DNA from: Tubiluchus corallicola
Taxonomy: Eukaryota; Animalia; Priapulida
Direction: 5' to 3'
Assembly (NCBI GenBank): GCA_030141605.1
Contig: JAQGDQ010002457.1
Location: forward strand, 1-30,500
Length of the DNA stretch: 30,500 nucleotides
Positions 8,922-19,164 of the stretch are shown in pieces. The notes below the pieces were generated by a model, which made no database searches, was not told where the DNA came from, and saw nothing but the letters and a program-made list of their open reading frames with translations. The position numbers and the translations under genes were made by a program. Numbering within the stretch: position 1 is the first letter of the stretch; the number at the start of each line of letters is the position of its first letter.

Positions 8922-11227
8922 TCACGTCTGAGCTTCTTCTCGATAGTCCATCAAATAGTGATAAACCTGCCCTAAAGATATGCAGCCGTCGTTTGGAGGC
9001 AGGTATTTATGGATGTGTGGTCTTAGCCCGTAGTTTTGTAGTTTTTTCACCAGTATTTTCAGAAAAAGAGTGTTTTGCATAACGCCTCCGCTCAGGACAA
9101 CATCCTTGAGGCCTGTGTGATCTGCTATACTTTTGCAGACGTCTGCGGACTGTGAAGCTAGGGTGTTGTGAAACTTTGCGGCAACGGTTTTTCTTGCCAC
9201 ACCTTTTGACAAGTCGTTTAGAACTCCATCTATGATGTTGCCCATATGGAGCACACCGTCTTTGTAGTCATAATCGTATGTCTTAGAACATTCCTCTCCG
9301 TTTGCCATCTGTTCCATTAGTATAGCGGTATGGGCTTCAAACTCATTTTTTGGAACACCCGTAATAATGCTCCCTATACTCTCAAAGAATCTCCCGGCAC
9401 TGGAGCTTTGCACGGTATTTATTCCCGCCTTTATCATCCTTTTTTGATACATCAGAACGTCAGGCGGTATGTTCAGGCTGTCACAGACGAATTCTCCCCA
9501 TCTATCTGCAAGCCCTGTTCCCTGAAGGTAGTTTAACAACACCCTTGCGGGCTCTCTTATTGCGACATCTCCACCGGTTAAGGGGATATATTCCATATGA
9601 TATCTTCTGCTTATCTTCCCATCCATCAATGAAAAGAACTCCCCACCCCACACGGAACCATCTCTGCCAAATCCTGTGCCGTCAAATACTACTCCTATGA
9701 CATCATCCGTGAGACCATTTTCTGCCATGCAGGCGGCAAGGTGAGCTTCGTGGTGTTGCACCATACACCTCGGCGTATCTGTTTGTGAGAAGGTACTGGT
9801 AAAGTAGGCGGGATGCATGTCATTTATGAGCAGGTCGGGCTTGGCGTCAAAGAGGTTTACCATGTTGTCATATACCTCCCTATAATATTCCAGGGCAGAA
9901 GATGTATCCAAATCTCCTATGTACTGCTTACAAACGCGTAGTTATCTTTATCACGGTTATGGTCGTTTTGATGCGCCCCAAGGCCTAAAATGGGTTTATC
10001 CAACTTCTTTGATAAGTATATCGGTGCAGGGGCAAAACCCCTTGCTCGACGATACATGTACACACTAGGCTCATTATCGATGGAGATGACCTTTAGCAGG
10101 CTATCGTCTGACCTGTTTCTGATATCCCTGTTATGATGGAGGAAATTATCTGTGAATTTATGGAGTTTTGCTTCGGCACCTTCAACATCTTTTGCTATCG
10201 GTTCATCCTGAAGATTGCCGCTTGTGGCGATGACGAAGTCTGTATTTAGGTATCTGAATAAAAGTTTGTGCAAAGGGGTATAGGGGAGCATTACTCCCAC
10301 ATCGTTTCCGACAGGATTTGCAAGGCGCTTCAAAACTTCATCATGAAAATTGTCCACAATAACTATGGGTGACATTGATGAGGTGAGCATTTTCTCCTCT
10401 TCTCGAGTGATTTTGCAATGCTCCTTTAAAATATCTATGTCCCTGCACATGACGGCGAAAGGCTTAGAGTGGCGCCCCTTTAGTTGTCTCAATGATGACA
10501 CGGCAGAGCTATTTGTGGCATCCAGTATAATGTGGTAGCCTCCCAGCCCCTTCAGGGCGAGTATTCCTCCCATATTCACCTTCAAAGCTGCTTGAATTAT
10601 GGCTTGAGTGCCTTTGAACTGGCGGAAATAAACGTTCGGCCCGCAAACTGCACAAGCGTTGGGCTGGGCGTGAAATCTTCTGTTTGTAGGATCAAGATAC
10701 TCCTTCTGGCAAGGCTCGCACATTTGAAATTTGGACATCACCGTATTTGCCCTGTCGTATGGAACCGTTTCAACGATAGAATATCTTGGCCCGCAGTTTG
10801 TGCAATTTATGAATGGATACATGTATCTTCTGTCATTTTTGTCAAACATCTCCGCTTCACAAAGCGCACAAGTGGCGGCGTCTGGCGTTATGGATGTATT
10901 TTTTTTAGCAGACTGCCCAGACTCCAGGATGGAAAATGACGCGTATTCCTCTTCGTAAACTGTTTCTGTTTCAATCTTTGCAATGTGGGAAAGGGGCGGA
11001 GGACTGTGCTGTATTTCATTCATGAACGCTTCTATTTTCTCATCTGCCCCCTGCAAAAGTATTGTGACGCCTTCGGTATCGTTCAGGACGTAACCTGTCA
11101 ACCCCAGTGAGACAGCGCAGTTGTACACAGCAGGTCTGAAGCCGACACCCTGTACAAGCCCTGTGATTTTTATCTGAAGAGAGGGTCTTTTTATTTTTCT
11201 TGTTGAAAATAAAACGTTCGTCAGCAT
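8922..11227 (-). CDS. hypF: [NiFe]-hydrogenase maturation carbamoyltransferase HypF; split at ~9915-9970 by apparent indels (probably sequencing error)
   Basis: Fragment 9917-11356: GLVQGVGFRP acylphosphatase, two Zn fingers, KGLGGYH, TSGN, RRARG. Fragment 8922-9911: DMHP, QHHEAH, DGTGFG, SSAGR, LSGGV, NDGCISLGQ. Restoring four bases in short runs gives HQKTTITVIKDNYAFVSQYIGDLDT. Start ATG 11227 is estimated because the longer ORF overlaps the divergent gene. Confidence 0.9.
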
Positions 11228-11269
11228 AATGAAGGTTAGCACGATGGCAAAATAAATAGAAGGTTTTTT

Positions 11270-12649
11270 GTGAAACACAGCGGACTTGTCGCATTCGAAG
11301 ATGTCTACCGATCTGTCATGAAGGATGATTTTGATAGATTTATATCGGCTCTTCAAGCAAAGCCCAGCAAGTATTTGCGATTTAATAGGACAAATAAGGA
11401 GAGCTATTATTTAGACGCCACAGACAGCCTACATCTTAAGAGTACGGAGCTTGCGGATGTTTACGAACTGTCCCAGGGGGATGAGACGAAGCTCAGCGGA
11501 ACCGTCTCTTTCCAGGTTGGGGGCTACTATATCTTGAGTCCATCATCCTGCCTTGCATCATACATTCTGAGCGATGCGTTAAACTCAGTTTCAAGTCCTG
11601 CAATCCTCGATATGTGCGCGGCACCAGGGGGAAAGACCACCGTATTAAGTGACAGGATAGGTAGAAAAGGGATCATCATAGCGAACGAGTTTTCAGGTAA
11701 AAGACTGAAGTCCTTGCACTTTAATCTGGAAAAGTATGGCTGCTACAATGTAAAAACAACATCTTTGGATGGTAGAGTTGCTTTTAAATATTTTGCAGAT
11801 AGATTTGACGGCGTCTTGTTAGATGCTCCTTGCAGCAATGAGAACAAGATCTATCGAAGCAAAATCTTGAAGAATGAATGGAGTGCCCAACTCAACGAGA
11901 GGATGGCAGAGCTTCAGAAGCATCTTGTGAATTCTGCCATAAAATGTTTGAAGCCTGGTGGATTTCTTCTCTATTCTACATGCACATTTTCTGTCCTGGA
12001 GAATGAGGATATTCTGAAAAATGCACTCGAAGAGTTTGACGATATGGAGTTGATAGACATAAATTGCGGCAACTACCACAGGGGAATATCCGGAAGAGAT
12101 GGTATTGATGAGCGTGTGATAAGAATCTTTCCACATCTCGACGGATACGACGGCTTTTTCATCTCCCTATTGCGCAAAAAGGGAGAACTTACACAAAATG
12201 ACAATAACCGAAGTAAGATGGATAGAAGAGCTTTGAGTGTGATCAACAATTATTATAATGATTTTGATGAAGGTATTGCAATTTGTGAAACTTCAAATAA
12301 TCAATTTGAGTTGAGGACGTCAACGGAGCTGGGCTTCGATGGTCTGTACCGGAAAACGGGGATTAACCATATGAAATTTATCAAAGACAGACCGATATTC
12401 AATGCCGGTGGATTGTGGGAAACAGGCGCGTTTTTGAAGGAAAATCATACATTATCTGTTGACAGAGCAGGAGCTTTGAAGTATTTGAATGGGTTTGATC
12501 TGGATTTGCCTGTTAGTGATGAGGTGTGTTGTCTGTTCTTTAATGGTATCCCCGTGGGGCCCGTTAAGAGGGTAGGTAACGGACTTAAGAATAAGCTGGA
12601 TAGGTACTTTTTGCACGGCAAGTCTATAAATTTTGGCGATTACTTGTAA
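11270..12649 (+). CDS. RsmB/NOP family rRNA m5C methyltransferase (RsmF-like)
   Basis: LDMCAAPGGKT, IIANE, LLDAPCS, LYSTCT, RIFPH..DGFF motifs. Confidence 0.88.
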   Translation: MKHSGLVAFEDVYRSVMKDDFDRFISALQAKPSKYLRFNRTNKESYYLDATDSLHLKSTELADVYELSQGDETKLSGTVSFQVGGYYILSPSSCLASYILSDALNSVSSPAILDMCAAPGGKTTVLSDRIGRKGIIIANEFSGKRLKSLHFNLEKYGCYNVKTTSLDGRVAFKYFADRFDGVLLDAPCSNENKIYRSKILKNEWSAQLNERMAELQKHLVNSAIKCLKPGGFLLYSTCTFSVLENEDILKNALEEFDDMELIDINCGNYHRGISGRDGIDERVIRIFPHLDGYDGFFISLLRKKGELTQNDNNRSKMDRRALSVINNYYNDFDEGIAICETSNNQFELRTSTELGFDGLYRKTGINHMKFIKDRPIFNAGGLWETGAFLKENHTLSVDRAGALKYLNGFDLDLPVSDEVCCLFFNGIPVGPVKRVGNGLKNKLDRYFLHGKSINFGDYL

Positions 12650-12670
12650 TCCAATTTTGTGGTGTTTGGT

Positions 12671-13933
12671 ATGAAGACTGTTTTATTATCGATCTTCCTT
12701 TTATTGAATTTTACCGCCTTTGCATTCTGTCAAGATGAGATAATGGCGAGTGTATTCGGTGATGTTGATGTTCCTTTAAGTGTGGTTGTGGTTGATAAAT
12801 CACTAAAAAAGCTGTTCTTAACAGAGCTTGACGGGGAGGAGTACAGAGTATTAGACTCCTTTGATATACTCACAGGCAGCGCAGATGGGGACAAAATGGT
12901 GGAAGGTGACGAAAAGACCCCCGAAGGGACGTATTATGTCACCGGTGAGACCAAGAGTGAAGAGCTGCTCAGAAAATACGGCGATTATGCAAAAATATAT
13001 GGAGCGGGTGCTTATCCCCTTGATTACCCCAATGCTCTCGATAAAGCGCAGAAAAAAACTGGCTACGGTATATGGCTTCACGGTCTGAACCCGGAGGGGA
13101 GCAAGCCCGCTACACAGGGTTGTGTTGCAATGAGCAATGACAATTACAGCTCTCTGGATGATTATGTTGGCATAGAGACCCCTGTAGTCATCGGTGAAAC
13201 GATTACCAAACTGTCCAGACAGGAATATCGCCTCAAGAGAGCAGAGCACATAGGTCATCTGGCAAGCTTTATTTCAGCTTGGGAAGGGAATGATGAAGAA
13301 ACCTATAAATCCTACTTTGATGATGAGTTTAGGACTTTGCAAGGTCAAAAATATGGGAGCTACCTGAATAAGAAAACATATTTGATGAAGAGCTATCCAT
13401 ACAAAAGGATACGTACGGATAATGTCAAAGTGTTTAGCGTGGGCGAGAAGGTGACTTATGATTTCAATCAGTTTTACTGTGCGGAAAATATGATCTCCTA
13501 TGGCAATAAAAGGCTATACTTGAACGGAAATGATGACGGTGTATTCAAGATATATTCCGAAACGTACACACCGCTAGCGGTGGACAGACTGATTGAAAAC
13601 TCTGTCGACCAGTTTCTCAAAAGTTGGCAAGAAGCTTGGGAAGAAAAAGATATTGATACTTACGGAAGTCATTATTTTGACAAATTTTCTCATAGAAGTA
13701 TGGATAAGGATGAATATTTGGCTCGCAAGCTAACCCTTTTTGAAGAACATCAAAGTATTTCCGTTTCTTTGTCTGATGTGAAGATATATCGCACAAGCCC
13801 TACCAAATATAAGGTACAATTTAAGCAGGACTATCGCAGTTCTGTTCACGGTGATGTTGGTATCAAAACGTTAACGATTGTTGGATGTCCCGGGGATTTC
13901 AGCATAGTCAGTGAAGTTTGGACTAGTTTATGA
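12671..13933 (+). CDS. YkuD-type L,D-transpeptidase/carboxypeptidase with signal peptide and two C-terminal NTF2-like domains (Csd6/Pgp2-like)
   Basis: Signal peptide (AFA), GDKMVEGDEKTPEGTY, LDYPN, GIWLHG...TQGCVA catalytic His/Cys; repeated AWE..D...Y..Y C-terminal domains and FKQDYRS...GIKTL. Confidence 0.85.
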   Translation: MKTVLLSIFLLLNFTAFAFCQDEIMASVFGDVDVPLSVVVVDKSLKKLFLTELDGEEYRVLDSFDILTGSADGDKMVEGDEKTPEGTYYVTGETKSEELLRKYGDYAKIYGAGAYPLDYPNALDKAQKKTGYGIWLHGLNPEGSKPATQGCVAMSNDNYSSLDDYVGIETPVVIGETITKLSRQEYRLKRAEHIGHLASFISAWEGNDEETYKSYFDDEFRTLQGQKYGSYLNKKTYLMKSYPYKRIRTDNVKVFSVGEKVTYDFNQFYCAENMISYGNKRLYLNGNDDGVFKIYSETYTPLAVDRLIENSVDQFLKSWQEAWEEKDIDTYGSHYFDKFSHRSMDKDEYLARKLTLFEEHQSISVSLSDVKIYRTSPTKYKVQFKQDYRSSVHGDVGIKTLTIVGCPGDFSIVSEVWTSL

Positions 13934-15365
13934 GCAAGTTGAGCATCTTTTTTGTTTTGATGATCTTATCTTTTTGCCTTCCGTTGTTTGCGGAGAGACC
14001 TTACAGTGAAGTTGAAGTACATTTCCCTGGCACTGACTATGAGCTCAAGGTATACAAGATATATGGCCGCTATGATGGCAACACCATATTTATACTTGGG
14101 GGTATTCAGGGAGATGAGCCAGGCGGTTACTTATCGGCGGATCTTTACTCTGATATTAGGCTTTTGAAGGGCAATTTGATCGTAGTGCCGAGAGCCAATA
14201 TCAAATCGATAATACTGTATAATCGAGGGATTGATGGCGATATGAATCGTCAATTTGGCAAAGCCGAACCCAAAGAGGACATGCGCGGTGTTGTGAGTGT
14301 CATAAAGGAGCTGATGGGGAGTCTGATATTTTCTAAACCTTCACGATGGTTGGGGGTTTTATTATCCTGAATATCTGAATAAATGGAGAAATCCAAAGAG
14401 ATTTGGTCAATCTGTGATAGTTGATGGAGATCGGTATTTTTGCGAAGATGGGCGTGTGTTGGACATGGAGGAGGCTGCAAAATATGCCATAAATTTTGCT
14501 AATGAAAGGATAGTGGAGGAGCAATATTTTATGCATTATATGAACACCAGAACGAATTGCTCGACTATGTTGGCATGGATCATTCTGCCACCTATTTTGC
14601 TCTTACTGAGCACTGTATTCCATCTTGGTATAGAAGCTTCCAAAAAATCTTCCGACGACGGAACTAAAAACGCTTCACCACAACGTTGCCATCAATGGAT
14701 TTATGGAATACTACGGCGTAATATCCGACTATCCCGTTATATTGCTTGAGAAGCCTACTCTTGACTACTCTGTGGTTAAGATCAATGGTAGCCCCCGGAT
14801 GGTTCGTGATAAGGACACCATATTCTTAAACGCAGGAGATCACTTGATGGTGAGTCACATCGTCTCAAACTATAGGCGTGGCGTGACTTGTGACATCTAC
14901 GGAACAGGACGCTACAACGACTACGGTAGAAATGTTCGTGTTGATCAGGATACTAAAATAGTCTTCAGAAAGGATCATGAAGTGATTGGTGAAGTTTACG
15001 TAACTACCAATCATCCTGCTTCCCCTGAGAATTGGGTATTTCTGTATAGCTTGAATGGAAATAATATGTTGGTTGGTGACGGAGACACTGTGCATGTCAA
15101 GAAAGGTGATAGGTTTGTTGTCAAGAAGCTATTTTGTGACGGATCAACCTGTAATGGAGAGGACTACCCTATTAACATAAAGGGCTACGTCCCGCCCGAG
15201 ATGGAGATCAACACTGGGGATGATAGGGACTATACTCTTCACGTTGGCAAGGATAAGTTCATGAAGAAATATGCCACAGACAGTACTGGCAATACTTATC
15301 CCGTAATATCTGAAAAAGCGTTCAATGGAAAATCTTTGCAGTTCTTTATATCAATAGTTGAGTAA
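13930..15365 (+). CDS. M14/M99 D,L-carboxypeptidase (Csd4/Pgp1-like); split into three ORFs by apparent indels
   Basis: GGIQGDEPGG (Gln/Glu Zn ligands), GDMNRQF. After a frame change near 14320-14335: NLHDGWGFY..NPKRFGQS. After further shifts near 14555-14650: SATYFAL and GIEASKNLP (catalytic Glu). Confidence 0.82.
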
Positions 15366-15398
15366 CATTTAAGGGTAGTCTGGGCAGCTCAAGTTTTG

Positions 15399-16050
15399 AT
15401 GACTGTTTCCGGCAGGAGTTTAAAAAATTATAGAAAAATATCTAAAACTTTACCTTATTTTAGAAACGGATATGCTTAAAGTACCCTTGGAAGACTTCAT
15501 TGACAGCGTGATAAGGGGCGGTATTACCGCCATCCAGGTGAGAAATAAAGGAAGTTCTGACAAGAAACTGTATGATGTGTGCAAGACCGTTCGGGAACAG
15601 ATTCTTGGCAGGGATATCCTTTTCATCGTCAATGACAGGGTTGATATAGCCGCCTTTGTTTCTGCTGGCGGAGTTCATGTTGGTGCTTCAGATGTGCCTC
15701 CGGATCTTATTCGACAGCATTTTCCAAGTATGCTGCTGGGTTACTCCTGTAACAATATGAGCGATGTTAACGCAGCCATAAGTTGCAAGGCTGACTACAT
15801 CGGGGTGGGACCTGCAAACTACACCAATACTAAAGAAAACCTCAGACAAGTCTTGACAGTAGACGAGATTGGGAAGCTCATCGATGCAGCTTCCATGCCT
15901 GGAGTCGCCATAGGCGGGATCGATGAGGAGAATATTTCAAATCTGCGTGGCTTGGGTCTTTCGGGTGTTGCCGTGTCATCTAGCTTATGTGCAAGCTATA
16001 ACCCTTATGAGAAAGCTCTAAAGCTTAGACAAATGTGCGAAAAGCTATGA
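15399..16050 (+). CDS. thiE: Thiamine-phosphate synthase
   Basis: IQVRNK, FIVNDRVD, GVHVGASD, GYS, ADYIGVGP..TNTK, VAIGGI, GVAVSS. The typical N-terminal LKLYLI lies in frame upstream of track ATG 15472. True start is probably ATG 15399 with one extra A in an A-run; the start is uncertain. Confidence 0.92.
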
Positions 16051-16946
16051 GAGAGTTTGAGTTTATAGATGTTCTTGGGAAGAGCGATGTGGCAGATTTT
16101 GTTTGTGATGATGCTGCGCTTCTTGCAGGCATGCTCTTTACGAAGGATGTGCTCGGTTTGGATGCTCATTATTTGGCTTCTACTCCGCTCTACGAGGTTA
16201 TCTTTAAACTTGTGAGTTCGAATGTCAGCGATATTGCTGCAATGGGCGGGGTGGCAAGGTACGCACTTTTGGGATTGGGCGTTTTGGAGTGTTCAGCAAA
16301 TGAAAGGCTTGTAGATCACATAAATGAGTGTTTTAAACATTATGGATTAACCTTGATAGGCGGAGATACCGTCTTTGTAACGAAAAATACCTTCTTCTCC
16401 CTGACTGTCATAGGTGAGCCCGGTAAAAACTTGTTAAAACGTTCTGGAGCTTTGGCAGGGGATAAGGTATATCTCTCTCGCCCAACCGGCTTGAGTAAAT
16501 TTTCCCTAGAGAGTGAGCTAGGCACAAAAAATTGGCAAGTGGATAAATATCTGCACTACAAGATGGGGGCAGAAGCTCATCTGGGTAAGACCCTTGGACA
16601 GCTTGCAAGTGTCAACTCATGTGTAGACATCAGTGACGGGCTCGGGGTAGACCTGAATTGCATCGCGACAGCGAGCTGCAAAAGGATAGTTATCGATGCA
16701 GAAAGGCTTCCTTTAGGTGAAATAATGAGCGTCACAGGCCCGCTTGATCGAAATTTGGTGTTAGAATACGCGATAACTTCCGGAGAGGAATACGCTCTTG
16801 CATTCACTACAGGTGATGAAGAACCCCTTCAAGAAATCGGACAAAATCTCTACGAAATAGGGAGAGTAGAGAACGGCAGCGGCACATTTATGATGGATGG
16901 ATGCAAAATGATAGACATTTCCCAAAAGGGCTTTGAGCACTGCTGA
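16047..16946 (+). CDS. thiL: Thiamine-monophosphate kinase
   Basis: MREFEFI, DDAA, NVSDIAAMGG, LIGGDT, RSGA..GD, DISDGL, GEEYAL, GFEH; ATGA overlap with thiE. Confidence 0.93.
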   Translation: MREFEFIDVLGKSDVADFVCDDAALLAGMLFTKDVLGLDAHYLASTPLYEVIFKLVSSNVSDIAAMGGVARYALLGLGVLECSANERLVDHINECFKHYGLTLIGGDTVFVTKNTFFSLTVIGEPGKNLLKRSGALAGDKVYLSRPTGLSKFSLESELGTKNWQVDKYLHYKMGAEAHLGKTLGQLASVNSCVDISDGLGVDLNCIATASCKRIVIDAERLPLGEIMSVTGPLDRNLVLEYAITSGEEYALAFTTGDEEPLQEIGQNLYEIGRVENGSGTFMMDGCKMIDISQKGFEHC

Positions 16947-16948
16947 GC

Positions 16949-18157
16949 CTATTTGTTATCCTCTTCCACATAATCCAATATGATATCATCAAAACTGGGT
17001 AGTGCCGATTCCACTCGAGACCAGGCAGAGATAAACCGCAATCCTACCGGATTTTTGATATACTCGTCCCGGGCGATGAGGAGTGCGTTGGAGAATATTT
17101 CGAGTGACTTAATCTCTTGATGCCTATCAAACTTCAATCCGTTTATGCTTGCCAAAGCAGAATATGAGTCCACAGCCTGTCTGCCTTGCTGCATGTACGT
17201 GGAGTAGAGAGTTCTGAAAAATGCAGCTGACAAAATTATACCGTTTTGCGCAAGGACTCTGTACAAACATTTTGCTATATCACAAGCCATCCTAACAAGC
17301 CCTTCGTTAGGATTGTCAGAGGATAGATTGCTGTGTTTGTGTTCATAATTGTCTGCCAGTTCTACTTCACATACTCTGTTTGTGGATACATTTTGATATA
17401 TTTCGCTCAACAAGCCTATTTCAAGCCCCCATGATGGGGATATGCGTATGCTCTTGACAAGATCGCTGGTGATGGCAAATTCGCCAGAGAGAGGGTATCT
17501 GAAGCTGTGCATATAGTTTAAAAATTGGTTTTCATCATCCAGTATCTGCCTTAGAGCCTTGATTAGCGGAAGATAAAATAGTCTGGTAACTCTACCGAAC
17601 AATCTGTCTGTAACCCTTGCGTAGTATCCTTTGGCAAACTCAAAGTTAAACCCATGGTGGGCAAGGGGATATACAAGGCGTGCCACCATATTTCGGGAAT
17701 AATTGATGATGTCACAGTCATGGAGGGCAATGGCGTATTTTTCATTTTGTGCAAGTATGTAGCCCAAAGCCATCCATACAACCCGCCCCTTACCCGGAAC
17801 ATTGACGGGAAAATTCTCATGAAGAAGATCTTTGTAAAGGCTTTGTATGCCAGGCCCGTGATTCCATACTATCCGCACTTTTTGAGGGAGCACGGACATG
17901 TACTCTTTGGTTTTCAAAAATTCTTCTTCATTTGCCTTGTCAAGAGATAGGACGATCAGGTCTATATAGTCTGCCTCTTTAAGCTCGTTTATGATTCTAT
18001 GCATGGCAGGGCGCTCAAATTCAGAATAGAGAGACGGCAACAACAGCGCTATGTTGCTCGTCTTATTGTCTCGCAGATCGCTTTCCAGTTCCACAAGGCT
18101 TCTGATTTTCAAATCTTGAAGCGTAGCTATTATGCCGTTTTGATAAAAATCGCTCAT
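16949..18157 (-). CDS. gpgS: Glycosyltransferase, probable glucosyl-3-phosphoglycerate synthase
   Basis: MSDFYQNG N-terminus, GKGR, HDCDI (DxD), KGYYAR, GRVTRL, YPLSGEF, WGLEIG, YEHKH; paired with an MpgP-like phosphatase. Confidence 0.75.
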   Translation of the reverse strand: MSDFYQNGIIATLQDLKIRSLVELESDLRDNKTSNIALLLPSLYSEFERPAMHRIINELKEADYIDLIVLSLDKANEEEFLKTKEYMSVLPQKVRIVWNHGPGIQSLYKDLLHENFPVNVPGKGRVVWMALGYILAQNEKYAIALHDCDIINYSRNMVARLVYPLAHHGFNFEFAKGYYARVTDRLFGRVTRLFYLPLIKALRQILDDENQFLNYMHSFRYPLSGEFAITSDLVKSIRISPSWGLEIGLLSEIYQNVSTNRVCEVELADNYEHKHSNLSSDNPNEGLVRMACDIAKCLYRVLAQNGIILSAAFFRTLYSTYMQQGRQAVDSYSALASINGLKFDRHQEIKSLEIFSNALLIARDEYIKNPVGLRFISAWSRVESALPSFDDIILDYVEEDNK

Positions 18158-18194
18158 ATAAATTACCCCTTATTAAAAGCCTTCGCCGATAAGT

Positions 18195-19013
18195 TCAAAT
18201 ATTATTAGATTTCAAAAATGATAATACGCAATCCCGCCAGCCTTTAGGCCCAGGAAATTTGCTCTTTATCAGTCCTTCAATATCCATATCGTCATGACTT
18301 CCGTCATGCTTCATTATCAAGAAGCTAGTATCGGTCACCTGCAACATACCGACATCATTCTTTGAGTCTCCGAGAGACATGGTATGAAACTCTTGCCGCA
18401 TATTATCGGTATAAATTGACTCCACCACCCCCACAGCAACTCCTTTGTCCTGTCCGTGTCCTATCAGATGATAAAATCTCCCACCCTTCACAATCCTAAA
18501 TCCCGCTCGCATGGCTTCGATAGTCATATCCTTGAGCAGATCCTTCGTCAGATTTGTGGTGAATACAAACGGTTCAGAAAAATCCCTCATCCGAGACAGA
18601 GAAGCTTCACCAGGGGATAAGCCTGTGCGTTTAGCTACTTCATCAACGCTCATATCCCCAAAGCCCCTGATGTGAAACTTGTCCTTTATGCTGCAAAAGA
18701 AATTCCTTATCTCTACATAAGTCTTGCCCAAGGTAATCACGGAATAGCCGCGCTTTGCCGAAGCTTCAAAAAAGCTAAACCCCCGATAAGAACGAGGAAA
18801 ATAGATGCCTCCACCATTTTCCGTAATAAATGGCGCATTAATGTTGAGAGCTTGACGTATCTTAGCAACTTCAGCCTCTGTCTTGCTCGTGACAATAATT
18901 ATCGGAATATCCTTTGCATTCAATACGTCAAGAGCAGGAACGGCTTCCCTAAACGAATAGGTGTTGTGATCCAGTAATGTGCTGTCAAGATCTGTGAATA
19001 TTAAAAGGTTCAT
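18195..19013 (-). CDS. HAD-IIB glucosyl/mannosyl-3-phosphoglycerate phosphatase (GpgP/MpgP family)
   Basis: IFTDLDSTLL, TSKT.AE, PFITENGG, R.FSEPF, GGRFYH, DKG.A, LGDSKND, GPKGW. Start taken as ATG 19013 (MNLLIF). Confidence 0.88.
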   Translation of the reverse strand: MNLLIFTDLDSTLLDHNTYSFREAVPALDVLNAKDIPIIIVTSKTEAEVAKIRQALNINAPFITENGGGIYFPRSYRGFSFFEASAKRGYSVITLGKTYVEIRNFFCSIKDKFHIRGFGDMSVDEVAKRTGLSPGEASLSRMRDFSEPFVFTTNLTKDLLKDMTIEAMRAGFRIVKGGRFYHLIGHGQDKGVAVGVVESIYTDNMRQEFHTMSLGDSKNDVGMLQVTDTSFLIMKHDGSHDDMDIEGLIKSKFPGPKGWRDCVLSFLKSNNI

Positions 19014-19019
19014 CGGCAC

Positions 19020-19048
19020 ATTGTACATAATGATGCATCTGTTTTCAA
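19020..19048 (-). promoter_or_regulatory. Putative sigma70 promoter TTGAAA-N17-TACAAT for the phosphatase/gpgS pair
   Basis: Minus strand: TTGAAA at 19048-19043, 17-nt spacer, TACAAT at 19025-19020, then 6 nt to ATG 19013; no SD. Confidence 0.6.
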
Positions 19049-19164
19049 GTATATAAAATAGTGATATTGGGCAATTATAGAACTGCGTAATATATCACAT
19101 ACACTGAAATACACCGCCTTCATTGTCCGTATCGCGTTAGGTTTCACGGATTAAGATATTGTCA

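Noticed and set aside
8922-11227. hypF without neighbouring hydrogenase genes as a novel function
   Set aside because: Stand-alone hypF is common and the domain architecture is standard.
11228-11356. Head-to-head coding overlap of hypF and the rsmF-like gene
   Set aside because: HypF similarity begins near LQIKITGLVQGVG, so the upstream extension is a longest-ORF artefact.
15366-15471. TPP riboswitch upstream of thiE-thiL
   Set aside because: No CTGAGA / ACCTGA / GCGNAGG core is visible, and most of the gap appears to be thiE N-terminal coding sequence.
19061-19098. Inverted repeat GTGATAT...ATATCAC upstream of the gpgP promoter
   Set aside because: Seven-bp AT-rich arms with a 24-nt spacer could easily be chance.
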